DNA of 24,000 nt from Actinomycetales bacterium (GCA_018969355.1 JAGWYO010000006.1:15961-39960), one strand, 5' to 3'; positions 1 to 7,631 are shown, numbered from the stretch's first letter. Program-made: numbers and translations. The notes: generated by a model not told the origin, from the sequence alone.

Positions 1-2003
1 TCCGATGTAGTCAATCGCAAGAAAACTTCGCTCATATCAATTATCCAACTCAATTGGTTGGGCGTGTAAAGAGTACGTAAAAAAGCACGCTGACTTGTAA
101 TTGCTTCAGATCCTGCAGAAATCGCGCCTTGGCTTATGTGAATGCGGGTAATTGTTCCCTGCGCCATAAGAAACCAGGGCCAAATCTTCCAGCGCGAACC
201 TTCGGTCATTAGCACATTGAGTGTTTGGATACAGTTATCTAAGTCAGAGGCTTCTAACTGCGCACGAGCTAATACCATCATGGCATCGAGTGGCCCATTT
301 ATTCCAACATATCCGGCTTGAAGTGCCTGAGAGATTGCGATGTGTGATATTTCAGCAGCTTGGAGATATTGACCTTCGGAATACAGAAGCATCGATTGCA
401 TGCAAAGGAGCTGATAAGAACTCAATTGGTGATCGCCATCTGGTGGCAATGATGTGGCTGTGGCATATGCATCTGCCAGAGCTGTAAAATCATCATGGAG
501 AAATGCTTGGCGGGCTCGTAATCGCAAAAGCGCACGTAAGTCGGTGGAATCAAGCTCAGAATCTGATTCTAGATTTAAAAGGGCAATATCAAGACATTGA
601 GTTGTTCGTTCAAAATCACCACGGGCAAAATAAACATTTGCCTTGACCATAGCGCTGATGCGATAGAGGAGTTTTCCTTCTGGGGATAGTCCAGCGATGT
701 ATTCAAGCTCTGTTGCCAAGGCCTCAGCGCTCTTAAAATCAGATGAAACAAGATGGCCAACTACTCGAATCGACTTCTTCATTACTTCACCATGTGCAGA
801 AGCATCACCAGCAAAATCAGCCCATTTAATCAGCAAGTCACCTCGCCCAATAGAGGCCATCTGACGCACACTTGATCTGAACATTTTCGCAAACTGTTCT
901 TTATTTCCAGATTCATAAGCAAAATGCAGGGCCTTTGAAAGCTCCCCTCTTTGGACAAAGAGCTCAGCCAATTTTTCCTGCACAACTTGCTTCTGGTCCC
1001 AATCCTCAAGAGGAATTTGTGTTAATGCCTCATAGATAATCGGATTAAAGCGATAGGTACGATTCACGGTGGTAGAAGCTGTCACTAATAGCCCATCCAT
1101 GGCTATTCGATTCAGCAACTCTTCGGAATAATCTCTACCGAGTATCAAAGAAGCAATTTCAAGATCAAATTCTTCAATAATCGCTAGTTTGCGCAGTTTT
1201 TCACGGGTGGCCTGCGAAAAAGTGTTATAACTTTCAATAGCCAGAATTCCTAAGGGATTAACATTTGCGGCAGATGCCGCCAAAAAAGTTGTATGAGAAT
1301 TTCCTTTTGCGATATTACGACATATCAATTGAACTGCTGCTGGCCATCCTTCGCACATCGCTAACTCTTGAGCATTGCCATTTTCAGTTAAATCCACACC
1401 ATTTATTGCTGCTATAAATTCAACTTCTTCTTTTGAAAACTTTAGTTCGGCAGTTGTGATTACGCTCAAGTTCCCTATTGCTGCATATCTAGCTAAAGAT
1501 GTCATAGGTGAATTTCTTCGAATGATGACTAAGTGAGAATTGCTAGGGACGTTATCGATAATCAACTGGGCATATGGTGCAAGATTATTATTGTCTGCAG
1601 GTCCAGCATCGATGACGAAGTTATATTCTCCATCTAATCGACCAACTGCAGCTGCTAACAATTTGATAGATTCACCAGGCTCAAAATGCTCTAGCTGGTC
1701 GACATTTATAAAGAAATTTGGGAAGTGGGCCGATATTGCTGCAATGACATGAGCTTGAAAATCTTGAATAGTGTCAGTGACATCTGCGGTGTACCAAAAG
1801 GTTGGGCGATCATTTTCTTTCACCCATTGAGCAACCAAGGTTGTTTTTCCAAACCCTGCAGGGGCGATGACCAAAGTTGCTCCGGGAACGTTGGATTCAA
1901 AGAGATTGAAAAGATGTTTGCGAGATAAGAAACTAGCTGCCAGGGCAGGTGGCTGCGAGCGCGAAAGGCTCACCCCCGAAGAGGTGATGTTGTGAGTGCT
2001 CAT
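1..2003 (-). CDS. MalT/LuxR-type large ATP-binding (STAND) transcriptional regulator, N-terminal ~667 codons; the C-terminal part lies beyond the left window edge
   Basis: Absent from the supplied ORF track because it has no stop inside the window. Hand translation of the minus strand from ATG 2003-2001 stays open to base 1: MSTHNITSSGVSLSRSQPPALAASFLSRKHLFNLFESNVPGATLVIAPAGFGKTTLVAQWVKENDRPTFWYTADVTD... The Walker A motif APAGFGKTT follows an RxxL segment as in MalT/LAL regulators. A long helical, TPR-like region comes next. An in-frame TGA 15 codons upstream, with no start codon between, fixes ATG 2003. Track ORFs 221-487(+), 575-760(-) and 1540-1928(+) are shadows of this gene. Confidence 0.7.
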   Translation of the reverse strand, partial: MSTHNITSSGVSLSRSQPPALAASFLSRKHLFNLFESNVPGATLVIAPAGFGKTTLVAQWVKENDRPTFWYTADVTDTIQDFQAHVIAAISAHFPNFFINVDQLEHFEPGESIKLLAAAVGRLDGEYNFVIDAGPADNNNLAPYAQLIIDNVPSNSHLVIIRRNSPMTSLARYAAIGNLSVITTAELKFSKEEVEFIAAINGVDLTENGNAQELAMCEGWPAAVQLICRNIAKGNSHTTFLAASAANVNPLGILAIESYNTFSQATREKLRKLAIIEEFDLEIASLILGRDYSEELLNRIAMDGLLVTASTTVNRTYRFNPIIYEALTQIPLEDWDQKQVVQEKLAELFVQRGELSKALHFAYESGNKEQFAKMFRSSVRQMASIGRGDLLIKWADFAGDASAHGEVMKKSIRVVGHLVSSDFKSAEALATELEYIAGLSPEGKLLYRISAMVKANVYFARGDFERTTQCLDIALLNLESDSELDSTDLRALLRLRARQAFLHDDFTALADAYATATSLPPDGDHQLSSYQLLCMQSMLLYSEGQYLQAAEISHIAISQALQAGYVGINGPLDAMMVLARAQLEASDLDNCIQTLNVLMTEGSRWKIWPWFLMAQGTITRIHISQGAISAGSEAITSQRAFLRTLYTPNQLSWIIDMSEVFLRLTTS

Positions 2004-2092
2004 GGGACAAGGGTGAGGCCAGGTGGTGTTTATGACAAGGTGAAATCACCCTATGAGGGGTGAGATGAGCGGGGGATTTCCTTCAGGCACAA

Positions 2093-2557
2093 CTACAGAG
2101 CTAGGTTTTTTCTTATCTGATCTGCGTGCTCAATGGCATGACGGGTATAGACCTGCAGCCAACGCTCTAGTGAGAACTCACCGCTCTCTGAGTGAATACA
2201 CGAGTTCTTTAACTGTGCAAGTTCAAGACGCTTGATGATTTCAAGTGATCCTGCACGCACTGCTTTAAAAACAGCAATTGATGACTCTACAGGCATATCT
2301 GTATATCCAAGAGTTGGGTTTTTTGCCCACAGACCTTCGTCATAACCTTGAATAGCAGATCCAGGTTCTGCAACTAAGCGCTTGAGGCGGGCAAAAGACT
2401 GTGCCTCGCTATCTGCGCAGTGGTGAATGACTTGGCGAGAACTCCAATCCTGCCCCACACACAGATCTAACTTTGATTCAGGAACGTTGGTGGCAATAGC
2501 TAAAAACTCATTCGTTGCCTTTTCATAAGCGGCGGCTATTTCGGATATAGATGCCAT
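2093..2557 (-). CDS. YfiT/DinB-family (DinB_2-like) putative metal-dependent enzyme, of the type related to thiol S-transferases
   Basis: 154-aa ORF. RQVIHHCADSEAQSFARLKRLVAEPGSAIQGYDEGLW and YTRHAIEHADQI line up with my recollection of B. subtilis YfiT (RQVVHHLADSHMN...RFKLAL...PYDE..W and WHSHHHIAHI), which would give the His metal triad of the DinB fold. The start ATG overlaps the stop of the upstream small ORF. Confidence 0.7.
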   Translation of the reverse strand: MASISEIAAAYEKATNEFLAIATNVPESKLDLCVGQDWSSRQVIHHCADSEAQSFARLKRLVAEPGSAIQGYDEGLWAKNPTLGYTDMPVESSIAVFKAVRAGSLEIIKRLELAQLKNSCIHSESGEFSLERWLQVYTRHAIEHADQIRKNLAL

Positions 2558-2706
2558 CAGTTTCCAATCTGTAATTGGACAGAATGGCTCTCAACGAAAT
2601 GATCATCATCTCCCACTTTGTCCACCAAGAGAACAACGATTATCACCAGCAGCCCGGCAATGATTCCAATTAGTAGGCCCGACTTCTTATCAAGGTTAAT
2701 CTGCAT
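2557..2706 (-). CDS. 49-aa single-pass membrane peptide, below the ORF-track size cutoff
   Basis: Hand translation gives MQINLDKKSGLLIGIIAGLLVIIVVLLVDKVGDDDHFVESHSVQLQIGN*. It has a KK-flanked 20-residue hydrophobic helix followed by an acidic tail. Its TGA (2559-2557) overlaps the DinB-family ATG (2557-2555) by one base (TGATG). A TATATT box (2718->2713) lies 6 nt before the ATG, the same geometry as other apparently leaderless genes in this window. No homology evidence is available. Confidence 0.4.
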   Translation of the reverse strand: MQINLDKKSGLLIGIIAGLLVIIVVLLVDKVGDDDHFVESHSVQLQIGN

Positions 2707-2732
2707 GTCGTAAATATAGCCCCAAAGTAAAG

Positions 2733-2770
2733 AACGGCCCGGTTCGCATCGCTGCGCACCGGGCCGTTCT
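2733..2770 (-). terminator. Intrinsic terminator downstream of pstS
   Basis: Perfect 12-bp GC-rich inverted repeat GAACGGCCCGGT (2733-2744) / ACCGGGCCGTTC (2759-2770) with a 14-nt loop, 22 nt after the pstS stop. On the minus strand it is followed by TTTACTTTGG. Confidence 0.65.
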
Positions 2771-2791
2771 ACCCTCGATTTTTAAAGCGGT

Positions 2792-3943
2792 TTAACCGAT
2801 CTTTGCTACCTGAGCAAGTGACTTCTTTAGAAGCTCACCGTCGATCACGCTAAAGCCAAGAGGACCACCAACATCCTTAGAGCACTTGGAGCTCAAGATA
2901 TAAGTGGCATAGGCCTTAACTGCTGCTGCCTTAGTCTTATCTGGATAAGCAGTATCTGCTAGAAGGTAAGAAACGATACCGAGAGGATAGGCGCCCTTTT
3001 CCGTCGTTGCATAGTTATAGGTAAGGAAGCCGTTGGCATCCTGTGTGGCTGATGCAAGGAATGCACCCACACCAGTTGAATCAGGAACTACTGATGATCC
3101 AGCAGGGTTAATCACATTTGCAATCTTTAGATTATTTGCTGTTGCATAGTTCACTTCAGCGTAGGTGATTGAGTAAGCAGTCTTTCCAGCGAGCTGAGAA
3201 ACACCTGTCGATGAAGCAGCTCCAACTACACGACCTAAGTTAGCTGGGGCGTTGATATCTCCTGGGAAAGAATCTTTAAACACCTTGCTCTTGGCCTTTG
3301 TCCACACAGCAGATGCTGACTTGTTCAAGTAGTTAGTGAAGTTCTCTGATGTTCCAGAAGAATCTGAACGGTAAACAACCTTGATTGGCTTATCTGGCAA
3401 TGTGTAGTGCTGTTGCACAACCTGTGTACGAAGAACTACTGGATTTCCATTTGCATCCTTCTTTGGATTTCCATTTGCATCCAGTTTATAGATGACCTTA
3501 GTTGTTGAACGGTTGTTATCAGCAACAATTGCTGGATCATTCCAACGTGTGATAGTTCCACCGAAGATTCCAGCGATTGTTGATGCTGACAGTGAAAGAG
3601 TTGTCTTTGCTGGAAGATTGTGCAAAATTGCAATTGGTGCTGCAACTAATGGCACGTGAATCAGTGTTGCGCGCTTTGTTGCTGCTGTGTAAGCACCATC
3701 TGACATCCAGAAATCACCAATTGATTTATCTGAGTTAGCTTGTCCTGTACCAGATGATGATGAAGCGTAAACATATGTGTGTCCTGAACCACTGGCAGCA
3801 AATCCAGCTTTGCAACCTTCGATAAGTAGAGCAGGAAATGATGCTCCTGAACCCTGAAGATCAACTGCATATGCTGGCGTACCTGCTACTAGACCGAACG
3901 CGAGTGCAAGTGATGCAACTTTCGCGAGCTTTGAAATTCTCAT
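2792..3943 (-). CDS. pstS: Phosphate ABC transporter substrate-binding protein PstS
   Basis: 383 aa with an N-terminal signal peptide (MRISKLAKVASLALAFGLVAGTPAYA|VDLQ). PstS hallmarks are GSGASFP, SSSGTGQ..., DFWMSDG and ITRWNDPAIV. SD GAGGGG lies 6 nt before the ATG. There is no lipobox Cys. Confidence 0.9.
   Translation of the reverse strand: MRISKLAKVASLALAFGLVAGTPAYAVDLQGSGASFPALLIEGCKAGFAASGSGHTYVYASSSSGTGQANSDKSIGDFWMSDGAYTAATKRATLIHVPLVAAPIAILHNLPAKTTLSLSASTIAGIFGGTITRWNDPAIVADNNRSTTKVIYKLDANGNPKKDANGNPVVLRTQVVQQHYTLPDKPIKVVYRSDSSGTSENFTNYLNKSASAVWTKAKSKVFKDSFPGDINAPANLGRVVGAASSTGVSQLAGKTAYSITYAEVNYATANNLKIANVINPAGSSVVPDSTGVGAFLASATQDANGFLTYNYATTEKGAYPLGIVSYLLADTAYPDKTKAAAVKAYATYILSSKCSKDVGGPLGFSVIDGELLKKSLAQVAKIG
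3441..3488 (-). repeat. In-frame 24-nt tandem duplication inside pstS
   Basis: ggatttccatttgcatcc occurs at 3441-3458 and again at 3465-3482 (18/18 identical, period 24). It encodes DANGNPKK-DANGNPVV. Confidence 0.9.
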
Positions 3944-3983
3944 GTAATTCCCCTCATAGGTTTAGATGTCAACTACAGCAACA

Positions 3984-4049
3984 AACCTATGGAGCCAGGG
4001 TTAACGCATAAGGAGTACTGGTTGAACGCGAGTAAACCTTTAGGTGAAC
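3984..4049 (-). promoter_or_regulatory. Candidate Pho-regulated pstS promoter: five 11-nt-phased repeat units plus a TAGGTT -10 box
   Basis: The minus strand reads GTTCACCTAAA GGTTTACTCGC GTTCAACCAGT ACTCCTTATGC GTTAACCCTGG CTCCA TAGGTT. Units start at 4049, 4038, 4027, 4016 and 4005. Units 1, 3 and 5 are strong, unit 2 is weak and unit 4 is degenerate. The last heptamer is 9 nt upstream of TAGGTT (3989->3984). This layout resembles PhoB/PhoP-type PHO boxes, which replace the -35 element. Confidence 0.55.
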
Positions 4050-4063
4050 AAATGGTGTCTCTA

Positions 4064-4942
4064 CTAGCCAAAGCGCCCGGTCACATAACTCTCAGTTCGA
4101 GAGTCTTGTGGGCGGGAGAAAATCTCAGAAGTTGGAGCAACTTCAATCATCTGGCCAGGTCCGCCATCAGAGAGAAAGAAGGCGGTGTAATCAGAGACGC
4201 GTGCAGCCTGCTGCATATTGTGAGTAACAATGATGATCGTCATTGTCTCTGACAGGTGGCGGATGGTCTCTTCAATACGAAGGGTTGAACCTGGATCCAA
4301 CGCTGAACATGGTTCATCCATGAGCAAGACTTGTGGGCGAACAGCTAGAGCACGTGCGATGCACAAGCGCTGCTGCTGACCGCCAGAGAGTGACCCTCCG
4401 TGAGCACCCAAGCGGTCCTTTACTTCATTCCATAAACCTGCCCGCTCTAGACACTCCTCCAATAAATCCTCTTTGTTCTCAACTTTAAGTTGAGCTAACT
4501 TGAGACCAGAGAGAACGTTTTCACCAATTGTCATTGATGGGAACGGGTTAGGCTTTTGGAACACCATTCCAATTTGCAGGCGGATCTTGGTTACATCTGT
4601 ACCTGGTGCGTAGACATCTTTGCCATCGAGCAGAACTTCACCGGCCATGGCAGCACCGGGAATGAACTCATGCATGCGGTTAATTGTGCGGATAAAGGTT
4701 GATTTACCGCATCCTGATGGACCGATAAGGGCGGTAACAGTGCCTGCTGCAAAATCTAAAGAGATATTTGAAAGCGCGTGATGCTTTCCAAACCAAGCGT
4801 GCACGCCGCGGGTCTCAAGGCCAGTTCCAAGTGCTGCAGTGCCGGGCACCTTAACAGCTTTGGCCTTAGCAACTTCTGCCAATGATGATGGCTTTACTGA
4901 TGTCTGCATTTCTTGGTTCTCGCTTTCATGTGAGGTGCTCAT
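4064..4942 (-). CDS. pstB: Phosphate ABC transporter ATP-binding protein PstB
   Basis: 292 aa with Walker A GPSGCGKST, signature LSGGQQQRLCIARA, Walker B LLMDEPCSALD and the PstB-typical C-terminus YVTGRFG. The ATGA overlap with the pstA stop (4939-4942) supports this start. That start gives an N-terminal extension of roughly 35 aa relative to E. coli PstB. Confidence 0.95.
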   Translation of the reverse strand: MSTSHESENQEMQTSVKPSSLAEVAKAKAVKVPGTAALGTGLETRGVHAWFGKHHALSNISLDFAAGTVTALIGPSGCGKSTFIRTINRMHEFIPGAAMAGEVLLDGKDVYAPGTDVTKIRLQIGMVFQKPNPFPSMTIGENVLSGLKLAQLKVENKEDLLEECLERAGLWNEVKDRLGAHGGSLSGGQQQRLCIARALAVRPQVLLMDEPCSALDPGSTLRIEETIRHLSETMTIIIVTHNMQQAARVSDYTAFFLSDGGPGQMIEVAPTSEIFSRPQDSRTESYVTGRFG

Positions 4943-5982
4943 TTAGAAACCTTTCGGGATCCGAGGAAGCGTGCTGATGTGAAGAGAATAAGAACAAGTC
5001 CAACAAGAACGAGTAGGCCGGCCCAAGCACGAGTAATCGCCTCGGGTGAACCTGCATTAAAAGATTTCCAGATGTAATACGGCAATGAACCCATCGGACC
5101 TGTGAAAGCGTTTGGATTAACTTTGTCGCCACCACCAGTAAGCAGAAGAATTGGCGCAGTTTCACCAGCAATGCGTGCAACACCTAAAATGACTGCAGTG
5201 ACTAAACCACTTCTAGCTGCAGGTAAAACAATCATGGCAACTGTGCGCAACTGAGTACCACCTAGTGCAGTTCCAGCTTCACGCAAATCATTTGGGATCA
5301 AGTTAAGAACTTCTTCAGATGTTCGGGCAATAGTAGGAATCATCAGGATAGTGAGCGAAAGCGCTCCCATAAATCCTGAGTAACCTTTAGTGATCGGATA
5401 AAGAATCGCTGAAAGAATAAATAAGCCTGCAACAATCGATGGAACACCACTCATCGCTTGAACAAGAAAGCGAATTGGCCCAGTAAATCTGCCTTTAATT
5501 TCAGTCAAATAAAGTGCAGTCAATATTCCAATGGGAACACTCATCACTAATGCCAATACCATCAATGTAAGAGTTCCAGTTATAGCGTGGAGCAATCCAC
5601 CATTTGAAAGCGGATCCGTTGGTGTTGCTAAAGCCATGTCTGTGGTAAACAGTCTAAAACTGATGCCAGGTAGGCCTTTTTGTAGCACCGTTGCCAAAAT
5701 ACTTGCAGCGGGAATAACTGTGACGATTGCGCCAATAGCAACTAGAGAATTAACTAGTGCGTCTTTTGCAGCTGCATTGCCACGTTGGATTCCCTTAAAT
5801 GCGGTTGTAAAGATCGCATAAGCGATAAAGAAGCAAACAAAATAAGCAAGCTTACCTTTAAGAGGTGTTAGGAAGACGAGTAAGTATGAGCTCAACAGCG
5901 AACCTATAAAAATAGCCCCGTCGATAGCTCGATCTTTTGGCGAAGCCGCCCATGGTCTTGTTGGCGTAGCAGTCATTGTCAT
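4939..5982 (-). CDS. pstA: Phosphate ABC transporter permease PstA
   Basis: 347-aa polytopic membrane protein. The EAA loop REAGTALGGTQLRTVAMIVLPAARSGLVTAVILGVARIAGETAPILL is PstA-type (ARxAGETAP). Confidence 0.9.
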   Translation of the reverse strand: MTMTATPTRPWAASPKDRAIDGAIFIGSLLSSYLLVFLTPLKGKLAYFVCFFIAYAIFTTAFKGIQRGNAAAKDALVNSLVAIGAIVTVIPAASILATVLQKGLPGISFRLFTTDMALATPTDPLSNGGLLHAITGTLTLMVLALVMSVPIGILTALYLTEIKGRFTGPIRFLVQAMSGVPSIVAGLFILSAILYPITKGYSGFMGALSLTILMIPTIARTSEEVLNLIPNDLREAGTALGGTQLRTVAMIVLPAARSGLVTAVILGVARIAGETAPILLLTGGGDKVNPNAFTGPMGSLPYYIWKSFNAGSPEAITRAWAGLLVLVGLVLILFTSARFLGSRKVSK

Positions 5983-5984
5983 CT

Positions 5985-6968
5985 TTAGCGCCCTGACTTC
6001 CCAGTGGTTTTCACAATCAAGTTAGCAATTGCATTCACAATTAATGTGAGTAGGAATAGAATCAAACCCGCAGCCATGAGAGCTTTTATTTCATATGGGC
6101 TTGCATCACCAAATTTGAGGATGATTAATGAGGCAACGTTTCCACCGGCACCAAGCAACATCTGCCAGTTGACTTGAAAAACAATATTGAGAACAGTGAA
6201 AACTGCAACTGTTTCACCCATCGCACGTCCCAAGCCAAGCATTGCTCCACCTATCACTCCACTTCGCCCATGTGGAATAACGACTGCTTTTATCATTGCC
6301 CACCGTGTTGCACCTAGTGCATACGCGGCTTGAATGCGATCAAGTGGTGCCTGTGAAAAAATTTCGCGTGAAACAGAGGTGATGATTGGGATGATCATGA
6401 TTGAAAGCACCACTCCTGCGACAAATGGCGAGCGTGTATAAACCGGCACTTGCATATCAAAAATTGGAATAAAGCCCAAATAGCGATGCAAAAGCTTGGC
6501 CCAATATTCAACACTAGGCATCAATACTAGGAAGCCCCAAATACCAAAAAGAATTGAAGGGAACGCTGCCATCAAGTCGATAATTGTTATGAGTATTTTC
6601 TTAAGCCAGCCAGGTGCGTAAAAGTTCAAAAATAGCGCTGAAAACACTGAGATTGGAACGGCTATGACCACAGCGATAAGAGAACACAAAATCGTTCCGA
6701 CCAGCATGGCTGCTAATCCAAAATGACTATCTAGGACGTTTCCAGCGTCATCTGTTGAGATTGACCACTCAGAATGAGTAATAAAACCAATTCCTTCTTG
6801 GCGCAAAACTTCAAAGCCGCGGTAACCAAGGAAAATCGCAATCAGTCCAAGAATGGCTAATGAAGACAATCCACCACCCGTAACAACGCCTCGGAAAACT
6901 TTATCTGAACGACGTGGTTCAGTAACGATTTCGCGTGGAGCTGGAATTACCAGTTCTGCTGTTGACAT
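5985..6968 (-). CDS. pstC: Phosphate ABC transporter permease PstC
   Basis: 327-aa polytopic membrane protein. The loop AAYALGATRWAMIKAVVIPHGRSGVIGGAMLGLGRAMGETVAV is PstC-type (GRAxGETxAV). The start is 2 nt after the phoU stop, and no SD is visible. Confidence 0.9.
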   Translation of the reverse strand: MSTAELVIPAPREIVTEPRRSDKVFRGVVTGGGLSSLAILGLIAIFLGYRGFEVLRQEGIGFITHSEWSISTDDAGNVLDSHFGLAAMLVGTILCSLIAVVIAVPISVFSALFLNFYAPGWLKKILITIIDLMAAFPSILFGIWGFLVLMPSVEYWAKLLHRYLGFIPIFDMQVPVYTRSPFVAGVVLSIMIIPIITSVSREIFSQAPLDRIQAAYALGATRWAMIKAVVIPHGRSGVIGGAMLGLGRAMGETVAVFTVLNIVFQVNWQMLLGAGGNVASLIILKFGDASPYEIKALMAAGLILFLLTLIVNAIANLIVKTTGKSGR

Positions 6969-6970
6969 TA

Positions 6971-7624
6971 TTAGGAGGCATACCTTCCAGTGACAAGGAA
7001 ATAAACACGTCGCGAAATAGAGACTGCATGATCTGCATATCGCTCGTAATAGCGCCCTAAAAGGGTCAAATCAATTGCTGTTTCAATTCCGTGCTTCCAT
7101 GTCGGCTCAATTAATATGGCGATTAGTTTGCGGTGTAGGTCATCCATCACGTCATCATCTCGCTCGACTTCAAGGGCCATTTCAGTATCGCGAGTGGAGA
7201 TTACAACACCAGTTTTTTCAGTGATTGCTACAGCTGCAACTCCCATTGCTTGGGTAATTGAAACTAGCTCCGGTGGCACCGCTGCATTTGGGTGACGCAA
7301 ACGAGCAATCTTTGCAACGTGGTGAGCTAGGTCGCCCATTCGCTCTAAATCTGAACCCATGCGCAGTGCAGTTATGAGAGCTCGTAGATCTGATGCAACC
7401 GGTTGTTGCCTTGCAATAATGTCGATAACGCGTGAATCAATTTCATGCTGATAGTCATCAATCTTGACGTCTGTTGCGATTACTTCTTCAGCAAGTTTCA
7501 AGTCGCATGAAAGAATTGCACTCGTTGCTTTTGTCATAGAACTGGCAACCATCGCAGTAAGGTCAACCAGAGACTGCGATACGTTATCTAGTTCATCTTG
7601 GAAAACAGATCTAATGAGGGCCAT
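6971..7624 (-). CDS. phoU: Phosphate signalling/transport accessory protein PhoU
   Basis: The track ORF extends to 7663, but I place the start at ATG 7624 (MALIRSVFQDELD...). This matches the usual actinobacterial PhoU N-terminus as I recall it (M..AYHEELD). The extra 13 codons would overlap the PHO-box-like repeats. A TAGGTT box sits 7 nt upstream of ATG 7624. Two PhoU repeats are visible (QQPVASDLR...DLERMGD and ...YYERYADHA). Confidence 0.9.
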   Translation of the reverse strand: MALIRSVFQDELDNVSQSLVDLTAMVASSMTKATSAILSCDLKLAEEVIATDVKIDDYQHEIDSRVIDIIARQQPVASDLRALITALRMGSDLERMGDLAHHVAKIARLRHPNAAVPPELVSITQAMGVAAVAITEKTGVVISTRDTEMALEVERDDDVMDDLHRKLIAILIEPTWKHGIETAIDLTLLGRYYERYADHAVSISRRVYFLVTGRYAS

Positions 7625-7631
7625 GGCGCTA

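Noticed and set aside
221-1928. Track ORFs 221-487(+), 575-760(-), 1540-1752(+) and 1725-1928(+) in a region where the track shows no large gene
   Set aside because: All lie inside the long minus-strand ORF (1-2003), which the track omits because it has no stop codon in the window. They have no recognisable motifs and are frame shadows.
2049-2059. The 11-mer CCTATGAGGGG is shared between the spacer upstream of the STAND regulator (plus strand) and the pstS ribosome-binding region (minus strand, 3961-3951)
   Set aside because: My back-of-envelope estimate is that a 24-kb window read on both strands should contain hundreds of chance 11-mer pairs. The two copies are also in different functional orientations.
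2039-2063. GGTGA-AA-TCACC(C)-TATGAG-GGGTGA: possible alternative hairpins or a terminator after the DinB-family gene
   Set aside because: The stems are only 5-6 bp and one alternative has an impossible 2-nt loop. The downstream tail (TTTCACCTTGT on the minus strand) is only weakly U-rich. This is not enough to call a terminator or attenuator.
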